Source: Lepidodermella squamata (taxonomy: Eukaryota > Animalia > Gastrotricha). Taken from it: a DNA stretch of 64,000 bases. The first letter of the stretch is position 1. Every line of letters starts with the position of its first letter. The notes below the pieces were generated by a model. It searched no databases. It was given only the letters and a program-made list of their open reading frames with translations, and had not been told where the DNA came from. Positions 51,393 to 64,000 of this stretch are shown piece by piece. The translations under genes were made by a program, and so were the position numbers. Where the stretch lies: positions 1,302,001 through 1,366,000 of the forward strand of contig JBLDXI010000042.1 in assembly GCA_047495785.1 (NCBI GenBank), given 5' to 3'.

Positions 51393-51537
51393 CGACCTGA
51401 ATTAAGCCACTTCGTAGAGAATGTAAATTCTTACAGATTATGTTACTCTAGATGCCCAGGACTAGGCTCAGCAGATTGCTCTTCAACATCATATAATATT
51501 ATTGATTTAGTTTTGAAACCCTCCTTTTTTATTATCA

Positions 51538-52508
51538 ATGGAATATTTAATTCTAGCGATTCTCATCACTGCTTGTGGCGTAGTCACAGCCTGCCCACCT
51601 TCGACAACTACAACGCCCTGTCCAACGACTTCCGCAAGATCCGATAGTTCATCTGCGACTTGTCCGAATGGCCAGAGTTGTCTCACCACGGCGAACCCTT
51701 GTCCAAGCGGTCAAAGTTGCCTCGCCGCAGCAGCAACTTGCGCAACGGGCCAAAGTTGCCAAAATACGGCCAATCCATGCCCAAGCGGCCAGAGCTGCCT
51801 CGCGCCCACGGTCTGCCCAGCAGCAGTAAGTCATGCTCAAGAACAGGAATCACGGAAATTTATAAATCTTCTCTATAGCCAGCATTCAAGCTGTGCAAAA
51901 TACCGGCGACTACAGGCGGCGCTGGTGTTCAACAGGCCAATGTTCAGTTCTGCACCTCACTCGCAGTAGAATGCAATGCATACATTTCTACTGGCGTAGC
52001 TGTAAGCTTAATGCTGTGATTGCGATTGATATCATTTTATGAGCGTTGAAATTATTTCTTCAGGCTAGTGCGGCAACATATCCAACTTTCAAGGAATGCT
52101 GCGCTGCTTTGACCCCTTCGACCGATATCAAGTATCAAGCCATTCCGCAACAATCAGATGGCCGGTCGGCAGCAATGGCATGTGTTGCAGCTGTAACTTC
52201 AAAGCCTTACGTCATCTTTAGTACTAACATCAATGGCAATAGCTTTGCCGGTTGCATGAATTTCCCACATACCGGCACCAATGCAAATCAAGTTCAAGTC
52301 ACCCAAACATTGGTAAACTATTGCCCCGAACATTCTAACATTAATTCATAAATCCTTTGTGATTATCAAGACACTCACTTCCGGCACCACTTACGCAGCA
52401 GCAACATTTGCGGAATGCTGTGCCCTTATAGCTAACGCTCCTCTAACATTTGCTCAGGGTTCGGCTTATAGCGTGTCGAATGTCGAGAACTGTTTCTTCC
52501 TCGGATAA
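51538..52508 (+). CDS. Secreted Cys/Thr-rich protein, paralog 2 (265 aa)
   Basis: Exons 51538-51825, 51879-52001, 52064-52312 and 52371-52508 join in frame with GT-AG introns. Confidence 0.82.
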
Positions 52509-53886
52509 TCAATGATCAGAAACAGTCTAACCTAACTTTCCTAATAACTTCAATTACTACGTCTTACTCGTGTGCTTCATAGCCATTATGTTTGCAATAA
52601 TTGCAATATTTTCGAAAGTCTATAAAGGCCTTGATAATTGGGCCTAGAACATTGGAATAGTATTGCTGATAATACTACAATAAAAGCGTGGCGTCTCGAC
52701 ATTGTCAAACAGAGTTTCATAGAAATTCAAGTCCATCTTTTGGTTCTATCGACATCATCTATCGACAAATAAGTCGCTTTTTACTTGTCACCCATCACCT
52801 TCAAATGGATGTAAACAAGCCTAAATCCCAGTTATTCAACGACACTAACGATATACCTTGGTGTTCGTAGGATTTCTACAATAAAATTGTAGACTTTTCG
52901 GAAAAAGTCCAAATGATTTTAACTGCAAACAGATTAAAATGCTTAAAGGCAACGCAAAACAATGTGTCAGAAAAGGAGGGAAAATTTTAATAGGCGACGT
53001 CGCATACCGGGTTCGTATTAAACCGCAACAATCTTGATCGAGCGGTTCTGTTGATATCGAAGATAAAACAAATTACTGAACTGGCGTTGATTTTGCATAG
53101 GAAGACACGCTCTATTGTAAGTACGCGAGCGACCGCACGTGCGCTCACCATCAGATCAGCCTTTATCGCTGCACGCAGTTCCAACTCTGTTTCTATTCTT
53201 GCGGAATATGAGCTGAACCTACCGCCGTGAAAGTAATTGTACCGTATTTGTATGCCTGGAATTATTTACCGCAACTAGATTCAGGAAAATTAGGCCTAGT
53301 TTCAATATTTCACGGTTTTATCAAAATTTTACGGAGGCCGCCTGAGGTTACGTGATTTTCGGGAATGGCTGATGAAGGAGTAGCCAGAGGATTCAATCCC
53401 AGTCACGATAAAGCTCATGATGCTTTCGTAGCAGTAATATTTGCGTAAATGACACATTTTACTACGTCAAGTTAAAGTTTCAGGTTTACACACGAACGAA
53501 ATATAAAACTATTAACTCGAGCTGCGGCAGCCAACTTTCATTCATGTGTGTGCAGGGTGCGAAGTACAGGGGTGTCGCAACACCCAATCGGGACTCCAAC
53601 CAGCAACCAGGAGTAGGCAGAAGGCTGAAAAATCCACAAGGGGGACCCTTTCGTTTCTTAGGCTGGGTGTCGAAGAAACCCAGAAAACATCTCAATTCCC
53701 CGGTCCTACTTCGCACACTGTGTGTGTGAGAAGATTGTCACCTTGAATGCATCAATCCATGCCTATGATTACGCTCAGTTTAAATGTGCATTCCATTGGT
53801 AAGTGGCTTCGAGCTACAGCTATAAAAGCGACTCAAATTAAGCTATTTCGGAGAGAATGTTAATTCTGACAAATTTTGTTTGAGGT

Positions 53887-54370
53887 TTGAACTTCGTGGC
53901 GCGTGGGTTGGGCGAGTTTCTAGAGAGCCAGCACTTCCTGCCCGACAACCAGTATGCGTTCCGCACGAACCACTCTGCACCTGATGGCCCTCTACGCGTC
54001 GCGCACACCGTTCACCTTACCCGCTCTCGACACCGAAAAGTGAGAGCTGTTGGTCTGGACGTCCGGGCGGCTTACCATTCCGCGTGAAGTGCTGGCCTGG
54101 CGTTCAAGCCTGCTAAACTGCAGCTTCCTCGAAACCTTGTTGGATGGCTGACCGATTTTAATCGCCATCGCAACTTGCAGGCTCGTGTTGCGGGCTTCCT
54201 TAGTCGACAAGTTACCGTCAACTGCGGCGTACCGCAAGGCTCGCCGCTGTCACCGCTGCTCTCTATCGTTTACACTTGAGATCTGCCGAATGCCCCGGGG
54301 TGTTATCTCGAAGCCGATGACCTAATAGTTGTTGGTGACGGGGTGGATTTTCAAGAAGCTGAGCGCAGCT
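53887..54370 (+). pseudogene. Degenerate non-LTR (LINE) reverse transcriptase fragment
   Basis: LPDNQYAFRTNHS, GLDVRAAYHS, GVPQGSPLSPLL, ADDL motifs with stops and frameshifts. Confidence 0.85.
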
Positions 54371-56106
54371 AGGATGCCCAACTCACTCTCGAAGGCTCGG
54401 CAATCCCGCAGGTGCAGTCATGCGCATTCTTAGTGTCCATCACAATGCTAAGTTTGAATTTGTTAGGTCTACTGATTTTCGACTGGTTGCTCCAGGGTGG
54501 AGTCTCTGAAGAAAGCATATGTATTCCAGGATGGCGCGGATTGTCTAGTTAGGGTCACATGTCCTTGCGACGAAGTTGTATCTTGACCGTTGAGGCAAAT
54601 GCGAAAAAGTCGGCAAGAGGGACACGCAGCGCGGCGCGGCGCCAACGCAGCGACATTTTAAGGCGCCACGCACTGTTCCCAGGAACATTACTACCACGCT
54701 TTACTACTGATCTCCACCGTATGTACAGTAGTTCAGCGGTACGAATACGGTAAAGCAATAGTAGCACAGTAGTTTTCACTTCAAAACCAGAAACAGAAAC
54801 TGTCTTGTTTGAAACCAGCATTCGATATGGTGATCAAAGATTGAGGGTTCAAAATTCAAAGCTTATCCCTTTATTCTACCTACGGTACCATTCTAGACGG
54901 CACTATGTTCATTATGTTCACTACGCTAGAACTACGGTAAAGCAACGGTCAAGTGACGAGACGATGACGAAAGTAGGACTACCGCGTTTTTTTTGCACAA
55001 GCTACACAGAACACGAATATTCTGAAATTTTGCCCGGCCTCTGCATCAAAACAATGATAAATCGAAAGAAATTTTCCGCGATGTTTTCAGGCAGGAAAAT
55101 CGGGCTATTCCCGCGTCCGTTAACATTTAACTCACATGGCTATGGTAGAACTGCGGTAAGAACCACGGTACGGTATACGGTAGAGATTGGCAATTTCAGA
55201 AAATTTGGCTTATACCATCCAACCCGGGAGTTGTGGAAGTCTATAGGAGAGTCAGAGTATCGGCAAAAATGCATTACGCCTCCTGGACGAAAACGTGGGA
55301 GTGCGCGACAGGCGTGCGGGGACTGAGCGCACCGCCCGCATAGGTTTTTTTCCGCACACACATACGCGAACGGCGACAGTATGGGGGTTCCCCCCGGCAT
55401 TATCAACAGCCGGCGAACTTTAATCCCTCAAACTTTGAATCATATAGAAACTGAATTTCAACGTTTTCTTCGACCTACAATATGCGGCTCATGTACAGAG
55501 AGAGAATGCATGAGCAGATGGAGGGGAATTTATGTTCTAAGATTGATTGTGAGAAACAAAATGGCCACCGATATTCTACTCCACAAGATTGTGATTTCAT
55601 CAAGATGGAGCAGCTTGTAAATTGAAATAAATATGAAAAATTGTATTTGAGGATGCTGAATGTCGATTTATTATGCCTCTCAACTTTCAAGTCAAGCATT
55701 TCTACCAACAAAATACAAAACGCTTCGCGGAGAATTGACCATTGTTGCACAAAAAAACAAAAATCACTCAATCACGCCGTTCGAGTGAACAAGTCATCGC
55801 AACTCTTTCGGTATATAGCTATCTCGGTTGTGCGAGTTACCTCAATGAAGGATCGTGGCACTTGGCCCTATACGGAAGTACAGTAGTTACGCCATAATAG
55901 GTTTGACAATAACAAAGACACCTTGCTGTATATAGGTATATAGCATGCAGCCGTCCTGAATAGCTGCGTCTATTTATATAGTCATGCGTTAATTAGTAGC
56001 TCATTATTTCCTCTCTTTCAGACTACATTATATTAGCTACATCGTGGGCTAGCCAAGGTACAGCCCTAATACTTAGTAGCCTTTTCACTAGTATGCTCGA
56101 AAAACT

Positions 56107-57409
56107 ATGCGGCTAATGATTTTACCAGCATTTGCAACATTTATTCTCTTATTAAGCACTCCCAAACTGAGTTTCGAATCGGCCCAGAGCGACGATGAGG
56201 CCATGGACGCTTATCTGCGAGCCGAGTCCCTCTACGAATCTCAAGAATTCGCTATAGGTTTTGAATGGGCTATGAAGGCGTGGCAAAGTTACAACGAATC
56301 TCTCGTGGCGAATCAGCCATCAAAAGTTGGCCTAACGCAGCTTCTCAATATTTTGGTAGAGTTAAGCGCAGCCAAGCTCGATAACATGTCTGAAACAGAT
56401 TTTTTGGTTCGTCTCCTACTTGAACGGCCAGATTTATCTGACGATAAGCGCGAGGAGATGACAGATTTTTCGGAGCAAATTCGAGACTTCCCGGTATTTT
56501 CCTACCTAAAGGCCAATGGTTCGCAGTTAAAAACAGCCCCAATTGAATTTCAACGGGAAAAAGCGCATGAGCTTAATAAAATTACGGCCTATAGACTATG
56601 CCATGGCGAAGCTCAGCGAAATCTCTACAAAGACCCGGCCTTGTTTTGCCGATACGACAATAGGAATCGGCATCCTCTTATGACTTTCTCACCTTTGAAG
56701 GAGGAAATTTTGATTCAACATCCGTTAACAGTTTTAATTCACGACGCAGTGAGGCAGCGTGATATCGATGCGATTAAGGCGGAGGCGAACGGCCGGCTTA
56801 AGGACAGCGGGGTTGTGGGGTCTCAGGGCGTAAATGATGTAGTCAACTATCACGAGAGGCGATCTTACAATACTTGGATTCTTACCTCCCCTGAACTTAC
56901 GAGACGTATCGATGCTGTTACTAGTTTGGACTCGGCGGACTTCCGCGGGGCTGAGCCCTTACAGGTATGATTAGGAGCTTTAACTCTTAATTTCTCGGAT
57001 TTTTATTTTTTTTGGCTGAAAGGTCAACAAATACGGAATAGGCGGTCACTATCGCCCTCACGAAGACGCGATTTTTCCAGCAGTCGATCTCGACAACGGC
57101 GACCGAATCGCCACACTGATGCTGTACCTTAACGATGTTGAGCAAGGCGGTGGTACCGCATTTTTCGCCAAGTCATTCCACGTGAAACCGGAGAAAGGAG
57201 CAGGCATTTTCTGGTACAATTTGTACCGCGACGAAAGCATCGACAAAAGAACGAAACACGCGGCCTGCCCTGTACTAGCCGGCGAAAAATGGGTTGTTAA
57301 CAAATGGTTCAGAGCTCGGGGTCAGGTTTTTCATAGACCGTGCTCCAAACCAGGTCCTGTTTCCTACTCGACTTGTGATTTCAACCTTCCTAATTGGCTT
57401 CAAAACTAG
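56107..57409 (+). CDS. P4HA: Prolyl 4-hydroxylase alpha-subunit-like protein (~414 aa, one intron 56965-57022)
   Basis: Signal peptide; YRLCHGE, PLKEE, AEPLQVNKYGIGGHYRPHED (HxD), RIATLMLYLNDVEQGGGTAF, HAACPVLAGEKWVVNKW. Confidence 0.9.
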
Positions 57410-57907
57410 AAAACTTGGAGTGTTTCAAAATAAATTGTAATACAAATTGCCAGTTTATTATTCTTGTTCTGGAATGGGTTATACTTCTTAATTCTGATAA
57501 ATTGAAACATTTTCGTTATTCCAGTGGGATTCTGGTTGGAGTTATAGGATGAGATTTTGGATTGACGATGGAATAAGTTCGATTCTGTTTGCATTACAGC
57601 CCACACAGCTTTGATAGTAGTAAAATCTGCGTAAATTATGTAAATTACTACGCCAAGGTTATGCGCAACACGCAACACGTATGCATTTTCTCATCACACG
57701 ACTATAAACTCATTCGTGGCAGCTTTCTGTGTAGTGTAGCCATTCATGTGTAGTGATATGATTAGATATAGAGAATGAATGAAATTACGCTCAGCTCAAC
57801 TTGTTTGGCATCAGCTTCAATTTAAGCTTAGAGATCGGAAATTGAGTAAGCAAACGAATGGAAGTAGCTGCTATGATAGTGAGATGTCGCATACTGACCA
57901 GTTAACA

Positions 57908-58153
57908 CAGGGTGCGATCTTCGATCCCCGAGCTCCCGGGGATGGAAAAAAACTTTTTGCTGTTTTTGCCAAAATGACGAGTCATTTCGGCTAATAACCG
58001 AGCGAAGCGAGAAAATTCTGGAGATTTTCCACTAAAACACGCCCCAGAACCTTCCAAAATTAACAAAACAGTGGGATAATTTCTCATTTTGTTGTCTGGC
58101 CCGGCCGAGCTGGGGGGATGATCCCCCCATCTCCCCCTGAAAGTCGCACACTG
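57908..58153. mobile_element. hAT-type MITE (246 bp)
   Basis: CAGGGTGCGA...TCGCACACTG termini with 8-bp TSD AGTTAACA (57900-57907, 58154-58161). Confidence 0.85.
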
Positions 58154-59094
58154 AGTTAACATTTTGGATATAACAGTTAACATTTTGGATAAGTGCGTCT
58201 GACTGGTTAACGTCTGGAACACTATTCCTGGGAAAGTATATCACTGCAGCTGGATGAACAGAATATCTGCCATTTTTTCTTTCCTTTCTAACTGACGTAA
58301 GCTTTTGTAATCCAGGTGACACAAGACGAGCCCGGGCAGAATGAAGCTCAACCGTGCAACACGAGTTCAACTCAATTAATCGCCGCATCACATGACAGAC
58401 TTTTTGCAGGCTGTAAAAAACTTGAAAAATAATTTGTAAAGACGATTGGCAGTGACTAAAACAAATTAATTGCTTCAAGTTGCGCACTTTTTTCTTGAAA
58501 AAATGTATTGGCTGTGCGTGGTATAAGCTTAATTAACTAACTTGATTCAAACTTGGCTGAAGTTGATGAGAAATTAATGCCTGGACGAGGGCGTATCTTG
58601 CGCATCACCCTGAGCGACAATTTCGGGCCTTTTAACTGCCCAAATCAAAAAAACTAAATATGCAAATTAGCGAGAGTTTTTTTTATGAAAAGTGGAATAT
58701 TGGCAGTCCAGTTTTTCGCCTTCTCTCGTCAGTTTTTTGTCGATGAAAAGTGCATCTTTAATGCTCTGCAGTGAGTGAATAAAACCAACTTTACGCTGGA
58801 AAACTTTCAAAAACTTTCATCTAACTTTTCATATTCTCAAAAAACTTCGTGAATAAGTTAACTGTAATATCTCATGGCGACCGGTTCTCATCACTCATCT
58901 GTCTCAAGCGAAATTCGGAAGTTTTATTTATTGCCAAGTTTTTAAAGTAGTTAAGTAGTTTAAGTAGTCAGTTTTCACGATTGGGCGATAAAACCGAAAG
59001 TATAAAAGCAGGATGATTAATCAATCATTATTGAATTAAGGGTAAAAATTAAAAGAGCATCCGGCGACATTCGCGCAAAGTCATTATAGCGCAG

Positions 59095-61488
59095 TTATAA
59101 GTATGCAATTTTCGCTCGAGTGTTTGTAATAAAATCCTGCATCGCCTTGATAACCACCTTTTCGTCTCGTTGCGACGTCTCTTTTAAAGCAACTGAAATG
59201 TAAATATATGTTATCAAGAAATTATTATATTCATAATATTGACCTTTAATTAAATGAAATTTGGCTTTACCAAACGACGCTTCAAATCCACCCGGTATCC
59301 CCAGAGCTTTCATACTGAAAAGAACACATATATCAAGGTTTTTATCAAAAAAATGCAAAACCGACATGGCCGCCTTCGAATGCGTGGCAAACATGATAGC
59401 TGAGAGAATCCGCCCCGGCGCAATTTGGGCATGAGGGCTTTTTGAAGACAACTCCTCAATTTTCCGGCTAGCCAGCGCTTTCACTATTTCAAGCTGCTTG
59501 TCAGCCGTTTGATTAGCAGCAAAAATGTACTGAAAATGCATAACGCCATTATTATATGTCGAAAATTGGGATAAATTTTAAAAAAAATTTAAACAGAAAA
59601 AATCACAAATCATTGAATGCAATTTGGAATTTTTATGCCTCAATACAGAATTTTTATCAAAATTTTATCAAAATATCATAAAATTTTAAATCATAAAAAT
59701 TAATAATCAAAAATTACACAAAATTTTTATCAAAATTGGATGTAATTTTTAATTATTAATTTTTATGATTTGCCATTTTGTTTACTTAGATACAATATTA
59801 CCCAAAAATAAATTCAAAATTTCTTAGAAAATTCTCAAATATCAAAAAAATCAATAAAATAAAGAGTCAATTTAAAATTCAATTCGAGCAATCAATTTCA
59901 ATTTGAAAATTCCTCAAAATAATTTTTCATATTCCTAATAACCTGAAAAATTTCAAAATTTCTAATTATTTCGATTCGTTTAAAAGCTAATTTGTTGAAA
60001 ATTTAGATAGGGATAAAATTCCAACAAACCGCATCCGTTCCATAGATTTTTGCGCGGCCTTTGGAACCCGATTCAGCCACTTCGACCGCCCCGCCGGCAT
60101 TCGCCTCGTCGCCATTCGCCTCGTCGCCATTCGCATCGCCGCCATTTGCATCGCCGCCATTCGCATCGCCGCCATTCGCGTCGCCGGCATTCGCCTCGTC
60201 GCCATTCGCAACGCCGGCATTCGCGTCGTCGCCATTTGCGTCATCGCCATCCACACTTTCTTCGCCCGAGCCAATAATCGACTCGACGCCTTCTTGCTCA
60301 ACTTCGACTTCTTCATCATTTGCATTGCCACTGTCATAGTTTTGCCTTTCAGCCCCATTACCGGCGTCATTGTCGCCTGTGTCATCGATTCCATGGTCTT
60401 CATCTGCCGATCCAGCCGAGTCCTCCCCCTCATGCGAAAAGTCTAAAATAAAAAAATTGATTGAAAGCACCTATTCAGCAGAACGATTTCACAATTTACC
60501 GTTATTACAGCTGATGCTAGGCTTTTGGAGCATTACCGGCGGGCTCGCGAGAGGCGGGTCAATAATGTCCTAAAAATAGAATATAGTGAGAATTCCAAAA
60601 ATACAACGATTTATTTACGCGATATTTGTGCAATTTACGTTCCATAATTTCGTCAAGGTGAATGCTAAAATGCCCTAGCATGTCTTCGATTTGAAGGCTG
60701 ACAGTTCCAATCATGTCGTCACCAATTCGCTTCATGGATTTATCAGCGCGACGAAAAAATTCTTCGGCGAACTCATTCCAGGTCTAGGCAACATAATACA
60801 TAATTAAAACAAAAAATAAATTTTTCGAAAAAATCTTACCTCCTCAGGTGGTGGTCGTTTAACAGCCTTCAAAAATCACATCATTTATATAATACTTGAG
60901 AATTTAATTAAAAAATCACCTTTCCCGGCAAACCTTGCATTTGATTTACAAGGGAGCTTGCAGCGGCATCCAGGGTTACGTTAGCTCCGGCTTTGACCAA
61001 AATAGCGGCATCGATCTGCAATAATTGTTTCAAAAATTGTGTATTAGTTAATAATATACCGAAATTTACATGTTTGCTAGATGGAATGGTTGGAGGCCTG
61101 GAAAATTCGCAATTTCAAAATTACCGAGAAAAATAGATAAAATGGCTTACGCGGCCTTAGGTTGACTTGCCCTAGGTTTTGATGCGGGGTGTGACTTCGT
61201 TGCCGAATCAACAGGTGCCGTTTTGCGTGTTGCAGGGGTTGAAACGGCCGAAGTAGAGGGTACTTCCAGTGAATGCCCAGCTGGCCGCCCGGCGGCTGAT
61301 GTTGAAGCTGAGCTGCTTGGCGCTGAGCTAGACGACGACGCGCCAGACGGTTTTGTATTAACAGATTTTGTTGCTGACAGATTCTGTTTAGGTTGCTGAT
61401 TTGACGGTTGCTGATTGGTCGATTGCTGATTTGGCGGTTGCTGATTAGGCGGCTGCTGCTTTCGTCGTTGCTGTTGTTGAACCTGCTT
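59095..61488 (-). CDS. Multi-exon low-complexity protein with a C-terminal helical domain; probable accessory ORF of an EnSpm/CACTA-type element
   Basis: Q/P/S-rich and acidic GDANG-repeat exons; C-terminus FSMKALG...FGKAKFHLIK...VIKAMQDFITN recalls BEN/DUF4806-like tails; transcribed divergently from a transposase. 5' end uncertain. Confidence 0.5.
60090..60250 (-). repeat. 15-bp coding minisatellite (GD/DE-ANG/ANA pentapeptides)
   Basis: GCATTCGCCTCGTCGCC-like units, about ten copies. Confidence 0.85.
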
Positions 61489-63536
61489 CATTGCGAAAAA
61501 AAACCGCAAAAAGTCCTCGAAAAAATGCCAAAGAATAATTCGAAAAATTGTGTATTTGAAAATTATTTCTGCACACAGCAGCTGTTTTAAATACTAATCC
61601 AAAAATTACGCAATAATCAAGGGCGAAAAACAACGCAACTCTCAATGCTTGACATTATTTTTGCATAATTCTTGAAATTTTCATCATCAATCAGGTAACA
61701 CTGTTCCTGTTTTCTTGCGCCTCCATATTTTATCAACATTTATCACGGCTTCCCGCGCCTCGTACCTATTTCAGCGCTGAATAAACGTGAGTTTGCTGTG
61801 AATTAAAAAATGTAGAAAAATCATTCTATTCGCTTGAGCAGCTGAATCGACTTTTTTTCTCCGATAATTTCATTTTTTCTTATCACTCTTATCACTCGAA
61901 TTATGCTCAACTCTTGGTTTTGAGGATAGGTTATTTTCGGCAAAATTAGCACCACCGGTTCAAGGTTAATGATTTAGTCAAAATTAATTTAATTGGCTGC
62001 CGAATTTTCTGAATTTATTCTAAATATCCCATAAGGCCTAATAACTGTTGACAGGAGGAGCGGCGATGGGTTCAGAAACAAAGCCGATCTGGCAGCGTTC
62101 ACAGCATGATTGAAAAATTTAAGCGAAAATGCAGTGGAGGGTGGAGGCATATGCCCGGTTCCTGAAGATGAGGTGATTTAAGCTGGAAACCTGTTAATCG
62201 ACGGCCATGAATGTTCATACAGTTCGTCGAATTTCAGCATTGAATTAGTTTTTTGCGATTTTTCTATACTTTTTGACTATTCTCAGCGATGCACCTCGAT
62301 TATCAGTTTATGGCTTTCAGCATTTTTATTTCATCATGGTCGTTATAAAAATCTTAGAAAAATAATTCATCAAAATATGGAGTCAATGGTTAGGTAAATT
62401 CAATTCAAGTTTTCGTCGATCGATCCTTGCCGTATTTTTCATGAATTTTTAAGATGCAGTTGGGCCGTAGTCCCTTCGGCGTTGTATCGTCCCAGCTATG
62501 TCGGCGTAATGAAACCGGATTCTTATCACGTGAAATTTTACGGTAGAAATTTCAGGGACGCAGCAGGAGGTGATTAAATTGGCCGAAAATCTACGGCGGA
62601 AAAACGTCACAGCGGAGATTAGCATGCAGAAAATAATCCAAACCGTTTTATTTTACTTTTACTTTAGTAAATAATTACTTTAAACTTACGTGAAACTTAC
62701 GTAAAAAATGGAATGCATTTCTGTGTATTTTTCAAAATTGTAAAAATTATGCCATTTCGAGTAACCAGTAGCCTTTACGTTGCGAAATATTTTTTAGAAT
62801 TATTTTTTACGTTGCGAATTTTATCATATTTTCCTAAATATACCGTATTATATTGTTAAATTTATTTTTACCACCTGGAGTTCCCTTGAGCCTTTACTAC
62901 CTCGAAAATTTTATATGAAATAATGCCACCATTAGAAATTTGCAAGACTCGGCAACTTTATTATATGAATGGTTTTTTCGTTGAAAGAAAAGTTAGCATT
63001 TTTTTAGAACATTCTGCCTTAAGGTGAAATCAAGTAGATATTACATTCGAATACGCGAAAAATGTGCTATACATTTTGAGCGAGATGATAATTTAAAAGA
63101 TTTTTCGGCTTTTCGCCTAATCAACGGGCCAAGGCCATTCGCCACAAGATTAAATGTTTCAGGCATTCGTCGAATCTAGACATCTAAGTAAAAATGTAAA
63201 ATTCCCCATCATTCAAATTACTATTCTTCATGAAATTTCATAAGTTTCATGAAATTTGGCAAAAATCCGAGCGGACGCTGGCATTTTGATAGATTTAAAA
63301 TTTGGCGAATTTGCCTCGGTTGTTTATAGACCTGTGTTAGCTATTAGCTGAACTGGACCAGGTTTCAGGGATCATGAATCGCGATCGAAACGCTGGATTT
63401 TATATCAAGTTTCAATTTCAAAATTTGATCAACTTGATCAATTCCTATATTCTAGAAATTTTCAATAATACTTGGTTGTCTTTTTATGGCAATTGTCACT
63501 ATTTTCGAGCTGATCTTTCTTCTTGTTGCGGCGTGT

Positions 63537-64000
63537 ATGCTACCAACAGTCAAAGCTGATAAACGTCGAGGGCCTTATCTTGGCTGGACGTTGGGTGTCA
63601 CTAAAAAGGCGAAGACACCTCAAACTATAGAAAACATTAACCCAACCGTGGTAAATCCTTGAAGCTGGACGAAGAAGCTGTCGCTCTGGAACTATTTTCG
63701 ATGTCAGCTGGTCTGCCGAAAAATAAAAAAAGCGAGCTCTTAGCCTTGTGGAATAATTTCAAACCCGATTCAAATCTCCCAAGAGATATTCGAACATTTG
63801 AAAAGAAATTTGAATCCGACGTCGAAGTTGTTGAACATGAAGGTGGAAAATTTTTTACTCTCAGTATAGTCGATCAGCTACAGCGCATTCTCTCAAATCG
63901 AAAACTGGCTAAAATAGTGTCTATCAATCTTCAGCAGCGACAGAATGGAACACTTGCCGGTTTACAGGGTGATATTTATTCCGGCAAGAGGTATCAAGAA
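63537..64000 (+). mobile_element. N-terminal part of an EnSpm/CACTA (CMC)-like transposase, running off the window; apparent frameshift near 63655
   Basis: Hand translation of 63659-64000: ...SELLALW...NLPRDIRTF...KFFTLSIVDQLQRILS...GDIYSGKRYQE. Upstream MLPTVKADKRRGPYLGW lies in a different frame. Confidence 0.65.

Noticed and set aside
54678-55230. CACTA-like non-autonomous element (CCCAG start, TACGGTA-type repeats)
   Set aside because: No matching TIR or TSD found, so boundaries cannot be supported.

Overview
Eukaryotic DNA with short (~50-65 bp) GT-AG introns, probably from a compact invertebrate genome. About 1-45.4 kb is a head-to-tail cluster of one rolling-circle (Helitron-like) transposon family. 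It has three non-autonomous units built from degenerate ~180-bp repeats, followed by two large coding elements (A ~12.3-27.4 kb, B ~27.4-45.4 kb). Each coding element carries an intron-rich gene of up to roughly 3,000 aa by manual splicing: Cys/His fingers, an HUH/Y2 Rep domain, an atypical Pif1-family helicase and an SLX1-like GIY-YIG nuclease (one in A, two in tandem in B). Each also carries its own homogenised 180/181-bp satellite array, placed in introns or putative introns. All five units end in the same structured module and GC-rich hairpin. The rest of the window holds MITEs, an inverted pair of genes for a secreted Cys-rich protein, a LINE RT relic, a prolyl 4-hydroxylase alpha gene, and part of a probable EnSpm/CACTA-type element. 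All calls come from reading motifs by eye; no database searches were run, and exon and element boundaries are approximate.
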